From Corallochytrium limacisporum Hawaii (lineage: Eukaryota > Protista > Pluriformea), in the NCBI GenBank assembly GCA_002811645.1, contig PDIP01000020.1, positions 177,949-226,796 of the forward strand: 48,848 nt of DNA, in the 5' to 3' direction. Positions within the stretch are counted from its first letter, which is position 1, and each line of letters begins with the position of its first letter. A program made the translations under genes and the position numbers. The notes under the pieces are model-generated. The model was not told where the DNA came from. It searched no databases and was given only the letters and a program-made list of their open reading frames with translations. This document shows positions 1-9,847 of the stretch, in pieces.

Positions 1-619
1 AAGATTGGCACAGTTATACATTCGAGGGTGCTGAGTTCGAATCTGTCAAAATTTTCCCGCTCTCCCAAGCGACGGCAGAGCTAAATCAAAAAGAGTAGAT
101 TTGATACAATATTCCCAGACAGAGGGTGGTACCATGGTACATTCAGAACGGACACTGGCAGTTTACGCAGTTCCAGCCAATCACCTGCCGCGATTTTGTT
201 CTCTGTTCACCTCCCCCCTTCCCAACAAACCTGCGCCTGGTGTGTGCACGACAGGGAACCGAGGATTCGGTTGCTATACTCTTGGTTTGTCGATCATTTC
301 CCGATAGGTGTCACTTCTTATTCACCTAGTCATTACGTATATATTGCATATTGATTTTCAGATTACTCACGTATTGTCCTTGGACTTGTCACAGCGAAAA
401 CTGTTTCGAACTATTGCTGAGGTTTAAAGGGGGGCGCAGGCGGTGGGGAAGTGACCGCCGCCCCGTTTGCATTGCGGTAGACAGGGGAGAACTTGGTGGT
501 GGGCGCGCGCTCAGAGAACGAGCAGGCCAGCAAATCACGGAATTGGGTACTGGTACACATATTTGCAAGATCGCTTGGGACCTCTCGGACACACGAATAC
601 GGAGTGAGCCGCCATCCTA

Positions 620-649
620 CCCCCCCCCCGGGGGGGGGCCCGGGCCCCC
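620..649. repeat. C10-G9-CCCGGG-C5 overlapping palindromes (copy 1)
   Basis: CCCCCCCCCCGGGGGGGGGCCCGGGCCCCC; contains a perfect 16-bp palindrome at 634-649. Confidence 0.7.
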
Positions 650-1778
650 TTGTCAAAGCAGGCGTCTCCATCCCTCACAACGTTATTCGTTTGACTTATT
701 CCAACCGGACCGCTGACCAGCGTCGCACAGTCTGCTACCAAACGCAGACGCACACACGCACACACACAGAAATGACAGAAAATGGTTGATGCGCCTCGGT
801 ACACCACCATCCATGCCCCCACCCGGGGAGACAGTTTTTTACCAACGGTGAGGGTGTGCGTGTGTTTCATATTGTCTGTTCAGTGGGGGGCGGAGGGGGG
901 GGGAGGAAACTGGGTTCTTCCTTGTGACCCTGGTCAAACGCTTTTAACTTTCCCGCCCCTTTCCCCGCCCCTTTCCGAACCTTGCTCCTGGCCTACTTTC
1001 GGCCTCAGCATTTTCTTTCTCCCTTGGTCCCCCGTGTCTGGGGCACCTGGGTTGTTATCTCCTCGACCCATGCCAACGATAAAATCTCAGCCTCAGTCTT
1101 CAGATGTTCCAGTATGCGTGGTACGGAATCTGTTCCACTCCTAATAATAGCAGGTGTTACAAATGTGGCGCTGCCTTGCTGTATAGTGAACAACTGGCAA
1201 GCTGTGGTATCTCCAGACGGAGGAGACTTGGCCTCGACATAGCCACAACAAAATCCAGGGCGTTGTCTTCACAAGGCCAAATCTATGGGAGAAAATTTGG
1301 CGCGGGACACCGAAGAAAAACAGCGAGAGAATACACGACGTGCAACCGGAGAAAAGCAAGGTGGCACCGCTGACTACAGAACGACGCGTTCGGATGGTAA
1401 CCAGCAACAGCAACGCCAACAGGGGGCATTCACAAATTCTGATACATTCTTGCGAAATGGGGCGCGTTTGTTTAAATGTGCCTGTTCTTGCTTTTCGCAT
1501 TCCACCACTACTCCGGTGACGTTAAGAGATGCTTCGCTGTTTGCGGATGCCTTGAGGGAGAAAGTTTTGATATTTTGTCAACGTATTCAGGGACCTCACG
1601 TACGGAACTACCTCATCCATTGTGCCTCGTGAACAATGGATCTGGCCAGCATATTTCGGCGGTATAGTACACACCTTTGGGAACTATGGCGATGGGTGGC
1701 CTGAACCTGCACGTCGGGGGATAACAAACCAACAAGTTTGAAATACAGGCCCCTCGGGCACTCCAAGCGCCGAAAACT

Positions 1779-3935
1779 ATGACTGAGAAATCGCTGCAGG
1801 CCTTGGAGGCCAAGCTCAACAAAGCGGCCGCAGACTACGAAGAGGTTCGCTCTGAATTTGACCGGAATCGTCGCCAGCATAACCCAATCCAAAGCCGTTC
1901 AGCAGGCTCACCGACAAAAACGCGGAACAGTGATTTGATGCCAGCTGGAGCAAACCTGGCGACCACTCACACAAACACACAACTGCAGTGGACAGGTAGG
2001 GAAATTCATGTTGAGGAAGTGTTCGACTGCTTCCACCATTGCTTCAAGATTTTGCAGAAGACTTACAGAGGAACAAGAAATGCTGAGGCAGATGAGTTCT
2101 TTGACTCGTACGTACGTAAGCTCGCTGAGGCTATTGAAAAGACCGTAAAGAGGGAAGATTTTGATATTGTAAAGTTGATTGGAGAGGGCAACCATGCTCA
2201 AGTATTCCTGGCCAAGTACAAGCCCACAGGACAACCATGTGTTATAAAGAAGATGGAAAAGGAGGACGTCTGTAGCCGTAGAGATGCCGTTTGTGTCATG
2301 GATGAACTAGACTTCATGGTTCGTTGCGCTCAGGAGGATGTTAAAGCGGGACGGTTAGAGCGCAGGGAGGGCCTCTGCAACATAATTTTCGCTTTCCAGT
2401 CTGAAAGCAGTCTGTATTTGGTCACAGAGTTTTACCCCGGTGGTGATCTTTTGAGCCTTCTGTCAAAATATGAATCCTTTAGTGAGGAATGGACTCGCTT
2501 TTACATGGCAGAACTGATCGTTGCCATCGGCAAGGTTCATGCATTGGGGTACGTTCACAGGGATGTGAAGATTGAAAACATCTTGATTGATGCTCGCGGA
2601 CACACGCACCTTGCCGACTTTGGCAGTGTTGCGCGTCTGACAAAGGAAGGTAAGGTTGAAGAAGGTCTTTCGGGCGGTACACCAGACTACATGGCCCCTG
2701 AGTTCGTCGCACTTACGGAAGGTCAGATCGACGAGCATACTGAAAGCTGCGATTGGTGGTCTGCTGGTGTGGTCATGTACGAAATGTTGTACGGAGAGAC
2801 GCCCTTTTTTGCAGAAGAGGGCGTCCTGGAGATCTATCGTCGCATCAAAAATTACCGAGAGTACCTCGTTTTTCCCGAAGACGGTCCGCAGCTGAGTGTA
2901 GATGCCAAGGACTTGATCATGCAGCTAATGTCACCGGCAGAAGAACGTCTCGGGCACCTTGGAGGAGTTAAGGAAATCATGAATCATTCCTTCTTCGAGG
3001 GCTTTGACTGGAGCAAGCTCTCGGAACGTCGGGCTCCTTTCAAACCTGAATTGACGTCGGCATTTGACACTGCCTTCTTTGATGATTTCGAGGAGGAAGA
3101 GGAAGAAGATACCAACGGCATCCAGTCATACCTGCGAAGCACCAACACTAACGGTACACAAACCAGCTCGGTATCACCGGCTCAGGATTTACAATTTGCG
3201 GGATACTTTTATGTTTATAGGCCACCGAAGCTGGCGTCTCTGTCGAATGTCAATCTGGGAACCAGCTTGGACGCTCCGTCTGTGCCAGCAACGCCCATCC
3301 AAGTGGAAAACAAAAAGGCCGCCAAGGAAGATCTGCAGAAAGTGCTCATTGCAAAGTCTCGCGGCCGTGCAAATACTCTCACAGAACAGGATCGCCAGGC
3401 CTTGCTCGCGGAATCCACAAAGGATTTGCAACAGGGCCCTGGGGACAGCCCATCCACGGATACGGAAACCACTACAGAGGGTTCTTTGACAGCCGCGAAC
3501 GATGTACTCTCCCCGTCCAAGAAGACATCCAGCGGACGGCGGGTGATCATCGCCGACTTCTATATTTTCATGGACAGCGTGAAAAACAACGACCTTCCGC
3601 GGGTGCGCACCATGTTGAGCGCGAAGTCGGTTGATGTCAACTGTTGCAACCCCCACGGACAGACACCGCTGGCGATTGCGGCGTCCCTGGGATATCTTCC
3701 TATGGTAAAGTACCTGGTCAGTCAGGAAGCGGATGTGAACGTGCAAGACAGTGCTGGTTACACTGCCCTGCACTTTGCCATGCTCGAAGAGCATTTGGAA
3801 ATCATCGAATTACTGCTTCGCAGCGGAGCAGACGCAACATTAGAGAACGAGGACGAAGAAACTGCCCTGGACATGACGGATGATCCGGAATTTGTGGCAG
3901 CGATCAAGGAGAAGATTTCAGCCTTGACTTTGTAA
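1779..3935 (+). CDS. AGC Ser/Thr kinase of the ROCK/MRCK/DMPK/citron group with a C-terminal ankyrin-repeat module (718 aa)
   Basis: EDFDIVKLIG, YVHRDVKIENILID, LADFGS, GTPDYMAPE, CDWWSAGVVMYEMLYGETPF, AGC tail APFKPEL..FDT..FD. About four ankyrin repeats (GQTPLAIAA, GYTALHFA, ETALDM). In-frame stop at 1722 precedes the ATG. Confidence 0.92.
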   Translation: MTEKSLQALEAKLNKAAADYEEVRSEFDRNRRQHNPIQSRSAGSPTKTRNSDLMPAGANLATTHTNTQLQWTGREIHVEEVFDCFHHCFKILQKTYRGTRNAEADEFFDSYVRKLAEAIEKTVKREDFDIVKLIGEGNHAQVFLAKYKPTGQPCVIKKMEKEDVCSRRDAVCVMDELDFMVRCAQEDVKAGRLERREGLCNIIFAFQSESSLYLVTEFYPGGDLLSLLSKYESFSEEWTRFYMAELIVAIGKVHALGYVHRDVKIENILIDARGHTHLADFGSVARLTKEGKVEEGLSGGTPDYMAPEFVALTEGQIDEHTESCDWWSAGVVMYEMLYGETPFFAEEGVLEIYRRIKNYREYLVFPEDGPQLSVDAKDLIMQLMSPAEERLGHLGGVKEIMNHSFFEGFDWSKLSERRAPFKPELTSAFDTAFFDDFEEEEEEDTNGIQSYLRSTNTNGTQTSSVSPAQDLQFAGYFYVYRPPKLASLSNVNLGTSLDAPSVPATPIQVENKKAAKEDLQKVLIAKSRGRANTLTEQDRQALLAESTKDLQQGPGDSPSTDTETTTEGSLTAANDVLSPSKKTSSGRRVIIADFYIFMDSVKNNDLPRVRTMLSAKSVDVNCCNPHGQTPLAIAASLGYLPMVKYLVSQEADVNVQDSAGYTALHFAMLEEHLEIIELLLRSGADATLENEDEETALDMTDDPEFVAAIKEKISALTL

Positions 3936-4041
3936 GACACGACAAGATAACTCGACGGGGTCGTGTTCACCTCTGTAACGGCTTTGGATAATGCTGAAAT
4001 TATACTCTTTACATCGTAATTATGGATTCATTGCAACTACT

Positions 4042-6102
4042 TCAGATAGCACCCCATCGCAAGCGTTCACAGACGTGGTCCTGCTTTGTGGCTTTGACGA
4101 AGCCGAGATGCTGCAGGTCGGCTAATGCACGACTGAATCGAGCTTGAAGCAGTGAAATATTCTTGGATTCCAGTGGATCCTTCGTAGGCGCGTCGGGATC
4201 CATTTCAATAATAAATGATTTGAGCCAGTCTTGCAGCGGAATGTACTTACCAAATTCGAGGTGCAGTTTGTATGCCACACAAATGTCCGGCATGTGCGGC
4301 AGGATGGCCTCGACGCTGGTCGCGGTAAGTCCGCCACAATCTTTGCACTTCAGGGCCTTACCTGGAGCCACAAGTGCGGTCTGGAGAGTCTTGTGAAAAC
4401 GACCTTGAAGGGGCCTAGCAATCGCGTGGTGATTGATTGAACCAATGTAAAATAAGCAAGACATAGGATGCGCGCGCGGAGAAAACTTTTGGAGAAGGGA
4501 GCAAGTCTTAGTAATGGTCTCCAGGAGTTGATTTCTACATGCCTGCTGAGCCACAACCATCTGTGACCTTCGAATTCTGCCCTCATTAGTCTTTCCACGT
4601 TTGCGAGCATGGTCTTCTACATCGCCCTCGTCCGTGTGGTTAATGTCACAATGGCTCTTCAGAGTGTGCACAGCCTTCTCGTGACTGTTCCAGAGTTCTT
4701 GAAGCGGTTCGAGCAATGATGCTGCCAGATATTTAGCTTCATCTTCCTGCAGAATTCTGTTAATTTTATCGTAGTATTCGGCGACATGTGCCGGTGCCCA
4801 CATGTTGCGAGCTTCGGAGAGAAAGCCCTGCATGAGCGGTGCGGTGTCGAGACTCTGATCACGACGGATGAGGGCCAGGTACAGTCGCTGCGTGCTCCTG
4901 ACCGAAGCTCCGACATCGGCTGCCTCCAGCATCTTCTGGGCGAACCAGATGATAGCAGGCAGACACCGGTGGGACTCAATTACCTTATCTAACTCAGTCA
5001 CAAGATACGCTTGCAAAAGTGATTCCTTTTCCATATACTTCTTCTTTGCCGACGCAGGCAAAGCCTTGAAGGCATCGTGCACAGAAGGGATTGCCATCAT
5101 CTTGCCGAACCATTCTTCCCGTTCCTCTGAAGACAGAGCATCCATGTCCACACCCAAAGCATCCATCGCTGGCTGTTGCATGACATGTTCCAACATCGCG
5201 AGCGATGTTGCCGAAACCAAGTCAATGAGGGACGTGCTGTGCTCCAGACAATAGTTGAAGATCTCTTGCAACAATTCAGGCACTAGGCGAATGTGATCCA
5301 AGTAAGATAGTTCCTTTCCCGGGTATTTGATCAGTGCCTCATCCACAAATGTGCGCATTCGCTGCTCCAGTAGAGGCATTCTGAACCGCTTGGTAGATAA
5401 CTGCCTGAAAACCTCCCATGGAAGATATTTCTGAACCGCCAGGTAGCTCGTACTGACGCAGATGATGAGACTGATGCGCAAGTGAGGGCCTGAATGCCTG
5501 GCAAGAGCGAGGATAAGGCTGTCCAGGCTGCTTGCTGGAAAGCTTTCAAAATCTTCAAATGTGACGACCAAATGCATCCGGTCGAGAACTTCTCTTTTTG
5601 CTGCATTGTGCAAATCTGTCAGGGAAACAATCCCCAGAATTTTCGATGGGTCCACCGTGTTGATCACTTCCCGAAGCATGGCTTGCGGTGTGGACTGCCA
5701 TTTGGCATTCAATCTCACATTCCAAGCAGGCCTGTCAGAGCTCGACAGTAGGAGATCCTGAAGGCACTCATACATGTGGTCATGGTCTGCTAAATTTGCA
5801 CCAATATGCACCAGAGCTGTTGCGAGCTCGCCCTCTCGAAACTCTTGACTACTAGAAAACTGAACGAAGTCACAAACTCCGCGAAGGTACTGCTGAGTCT
5901 GCTGCGTGTGAATAGCTTTCAGACGTCTCTGCAGGTTATCAATAAGATATGATGCTGCTGTTTCGGAGGCAGCTGTGCGCAGCCCGGAGGGCACAGTCTT
6001 CTCATTTTCATCTGGGACAAAAGAGAATACACCACGCGATGTCCGATCAGTATCTGCAAACGGGTCAGAACATTCGGGGTTTCCCTTTAAAAACGCAGGC
6101 AT
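4042..6102 (-). CDS. ORC3: Origin recognition complex subunit 3
   Basis: N-terminal SRGVFSF; ELATALVHIGANLADH; VVTFEDFESF; C-terminal winged helix PDICVAYKLHLEFGKYIPLQDW...LLQARFSRALADLQHLGFVKAT...HVCERLRWG. First ATG is at 6102 (the ORF track starts at TTG 6123). Confidence 0.92.
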   Translation of the reverse strand: MPAFLKGNPECSDPFADTDRTSRGVFSFVPDENEKTVPSGLRTAASETAASYLIDNLQRRLKAIHTQQTQQYLRGVCDFVQFSSSQEFREGELATALVHIGANLADHDHMYECLQDLLLSSSDRPAWNVRLNAKWQSTPQAMLREVINTVDPSKILGIVSLTDLHNAAKREVLDRMHLVVTFEDFESFPASSLDSLILALARHSGPHLRISLIICVSTSYLAVQKYLPWEVFRQLSTKRFRMPLLEQRMRTFVDEALIKYPGKELSYLDHIRLVPELLQEIFNYCLEHSTSLIDLVSATSLAMLEHVMQQPAMDALGVDMDALSSEEREEWFGKMMAIPSVHDAFKALPASAKKKYMEKESLLQAYLVTELDKVIESHRCLPAIIWFAQKMLEAADVGASVRSTQRLYLALIRRDQSLDTAPLMQGFLSEARNMWAPAHVAEYYDKINRILQEDEAKYLAASLLEPLQELWNSHEKAVHTLKSHCDINHTDEGDVEDHARKRGKTNEGRIRRSQMVVAQQACRNQLLETITKTCSLLQKFSPRAHPMSCLFYIGSINHHAIARPLQGRFHKTLQTALVAPGKALKCKDCGGLTATSVEAILPHMPDICVAYKLHLEFGKYIPLQDWLKSFIIEMDPDAPTKDPLESKNISLLQARFSRALADLQHLGFVKATKQDHVCERLRWGAI

Positions 6103-9100
6103 TTTGAATATCCATGAGATCAACTATCCAATACTTGCTTTGTACGCTGCGTACGCTACGAATCCCCAAGCTACAGCTATCAACCCAACGGCGGTTAGAT
6201 TACTCAGCGCACTTCCAGTCGAGCGCCTCATTACATTGTCAGTTCATAAGATATCTCAACCGTGAATAAAATTCAATAGCTTTGAAAAAACCATACACAA
6301 CTGAAGCAGCACCTTTCGTACCCTGTGTACCCAACTCCATAGAAGTTTGGGTTTAACAACGGCCTTGCGGTGCCTAGGGGCCTCCATAGTTGTTCCCACC
6401 TCTCCAGTTTCGCGCCAGAAACCTGCGAGCACCCAGAGTGTAAAGCAGTTCAGGACTCGGGAGTCCATTTTCCATCAGCTTGTGCACCTGACCTGACGTC
6501 GGACGCCTAGCGGACGGGAGTCTATTTTCGCAGCGACACTCAGTGAAGCAGGCGAAACAACGGACACTTGACGTCGCGAGGGAATTGAGCAGCCCCTTCT
6601 TTTCAACCTCAAAACCGCCCCGGTGTACTTATAGAAGCAGGGAAGCGTAAAGCGAATCGTCGTCGCCCAGCAGTGAGGGTGAAAAAACGTTTCAATACTC
6701 AAACAAAGCGAGGAAGGTTCCACGGAGCAACCCGTTGGCGTCTTTCTTTCTCTTCCCCACCGTATCTTAGCTCGACCAAAGCTCTCATCGCCCTGTGGCT
6801 TCTGCAATGTTCTTGTCGTTATTCAAAGTAAGGACTAAACAAAGAGGGAAGAGAACCACCTGCCAGTTCTCTCTTTCGTCTCCCTGGAAGCGGGAGCCGC
6901 TGGGGTGAAGAGATGCGTGCGTGCCGTGCCACCTGTGATTCCCACTTGAAGGGACGGGACTCCTGAAAGAGTCACACCCGTCTGTGGCACTGTGGTACAA
7001 TAGATACGTGACAATCCCCAATTTGGAATAAAAAAGAGTGCCTCCATCGTGTACTTGATTTTCGGTTGTTACCTACCTGCTACGCAGGTGGCTTCGGCTG
7101 CCCTCCTGCGCGAACTTTTCGGTGTTGTGTGATATTGAATAAATTTGTCACACAGCCACCGGTCGCTCACCTACGATGGAGATCTGACCGGTTCAAGTGA
7201 CAAAGACCAGAAGGGAGTTGTGAGTACGAAGAAGGTTGGGGCGAAGTACCGATGGCGGCGGCCCTAGTAATGATATCAGGACAACGTGAACGGGGAGGGG
7301 AGAGTCCCCGGGAAATGACCGATTTGGGTAACAATAGTGAAAGATAAAGTCTGCTAGCAGCAGCAGCACAACACAGCAGAATAAATATGACCGCAGCATC
7401 CTGCTGGCAGTGCTGCTTGCGTATCATGCTTCTGTTTGACTTCAACACTCCGACATGCCGCAGAATTTTTTTAAACCGGCTGACCTACTGTGAAATAAAA
7501 ACGCATCTGTATAGACCGTCACTGTCTATACAACGAGCAACAGATCACATCTAGGGTAGGTATATCAACGCATTTCCGGGATACGCTATGTACTGGGTTC
7601 GCCCAGTCTCGCTCCGTGAGATGTTTCCCCTCTGCCCTATCCGAAAATAACGAACCGGGACGGGGGAACATAGCTGTACAAATTAAGACTTTGTCATCTG
7701 CGTGGCGTGTTTATTGTCTGGTTTTCCATCTGCCAGCATACTGTCTCTTGTCCACGAACGACCATTGTTGTAGATTACAGTGCGTATGAAGACGCACATC
7801 TGTGATCGATCTTGTGATTTGGTATAGCTATCTTCAGACCAATCGATGATGATATAGTACTAAACGTATGCAACATTAATTTATATTGCTATATTTTCTA
7901 TTTCCTATGCATACAAGAATACAAAACACGGGCGAAGGAATGACAACAGAGATAGCACGGACGAGTGCCCCGAGTCGTAACCGCTGTGCCAAACATGTAG
8001 ATACTATGATTTCATCGCTCCGTTTGTGGATACATTCAGTACTGCATCGGGACACATCTTAATCAATTTCTCTCTTCTCCCCCAATGAATGCTCCTTTCG
8101 AAACTTCGCAACGGTTCCACATTTTGCAGGGCCGAATGTGCAGTCGAAGTCGATATCGTGTCAAAATAATTCATGTACGTTTGGTACTGAATTATCGACG
8201 CAAAGAATGGGACATCGCATCTTCGATGTCCCTGTGGGATTGGGCGCAGACGTATCATACGTATACTGTCGGCTGGGAATGGTTTTTTCGTGCCAATGGG
8301 AATATAAACACGGTTGGCTGGTGCGGCAAAAGTTGTCCGGCGGGAACATGCCGTTCAAGATGGAAACTGTCTTCTACTGTAAAGTTGGTTTCCACTGGTG
8401 TACTGCACCATAAGTTTCAGTACCCAATAGTGACGAGCAACGATCGTGGCAGTGAATGATTCACATTGCCCCGTCTCCTTTTTGGGAACGGGACACCCAC
8501 CAGCTCCAACTCCCGCACAATGCACTCGAGTGCTGCACGAAGGATGATCAGCTTCTGAATTTTGGCCAATGTTTGCTGCCGCTTCCACGTCAATTGCTTA
8601 TTTTCCCTTCGTAGGCGAAAAGTCTAACCAACCGAGGCTCGTGTATGGCGTCGCAACTTGAAGCTGGTGTCCACAAACTCTCTCAGGGCAGGAAAGTTTG
8701 CGAATTCTAAAAATTAGATGTCAAAAAAGTTAATGTTTAGTATCAAAAATATGGATCCCTTTCGACACCGGACTGTTCACTGTGTTCAAGACAGAAAAGG
8801 CTGAAAACTACTGACGAGGGGATGAGGGAAGGAGGCTCAGTAGTTATGGTCCAAACGTTTAGCTGCACCCTGATTCTCATTAACTAGCTCATACTCCAAT
8901 AAATTCAGTACTGAACGTTCATGAGGGAACTCCGCGAACCATTCATAGACTTCACAACCTTTCCAAAGTGAAATTCACAATCCACGCGGAAGGGTGCGGG
9001 ACGTTTGCAGACAGAAATATGGACAGCTCTCAACGTTCCTGTTCCTCTGCAGCCGGAATTGGAATTATACTAAATATATAGACATTGGTTTATTCTTGTG

Positions 9101-9847
9101 CTACACTTTACGTATCGTTTCTATTAGGTTGCCTTTTTGTTGGGATCGCTAGCCTCCGAACATGCATTCACGGTTTGGACATTGCGAACGTCCCTACGGA
9201 ACCTAGCTGTCTTTCTCTGCTCTGGTACTAAATATATGGTAGTATTTTGTGGGAAAGGCAACTATAGTCTGGCTTCCGATGGCGCTCTTGGTCTACATGT
9301 GAGACGCAAGTGGTGACTTCCGGCTTTCGTTCCGACCACCTGGCGCGCCCAACTCCAGTGTTTTGGGGTATGGCTTTTACTATTGTGAAACTATGGCAAA
9401 TAGAATCCAAACCCAAGGCTTCGCGACAGAGCGAGGGAGAGGGGCTTGGCACAGCGCTCTGCCAGGAGGGAAATGGCGCACCGCGCAGCAACAAAGGAGC
9501 GCAAAAAGATTCCAAGTGTTTGGCTCCAAATTTCTTCATCATTGCATTCGTAAATATTGGCAGAAGAGAACTCTTGCAAAGGAACACCCTGTCCACATTT
9601 CATTGTCCCTGGTTCAACGTTACATCAGTTGGAGTTGAGCTGCTCGAGAGCTGCCGGAGAGAGAACACAATTTATCATGGGTTTCTTGATAAGAATGCAT
9701 CATGCATGCTATTTGGAGGAGTATGGATTGTGACTGTCTCCAAATTCTTTAGGATCACAATCTTAGACACGAGCTGCTGTTTGTATTATTCCAAGCGAAA
9801 TATCGGGACTTATAACGGGAGGAAACGGGAACTACGTTTGAATCACA

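Noticed and set aside
26-60. B-box-like GAGTTCGAATC suggesting a tRNA
   Set aside because: No T-stem, acceptor stem or cloverleaf can be formed around it.
750-768. Short imperfect (CA)n tract
   Set aside because: Ordinary microsatellite.
7297-7313. GGGGAGAGTCCCCGG resembling RNase MRP CR-I
   Set aside because: The conserved GAAAG is altered and no downstream CR-V (GGGGCTNA) partner is seen.
8085-8459. 124-aa Trp-rich ORF in the long intergenic region
   Set aside because: No recognisable domain; composition and length fit a random ORF.
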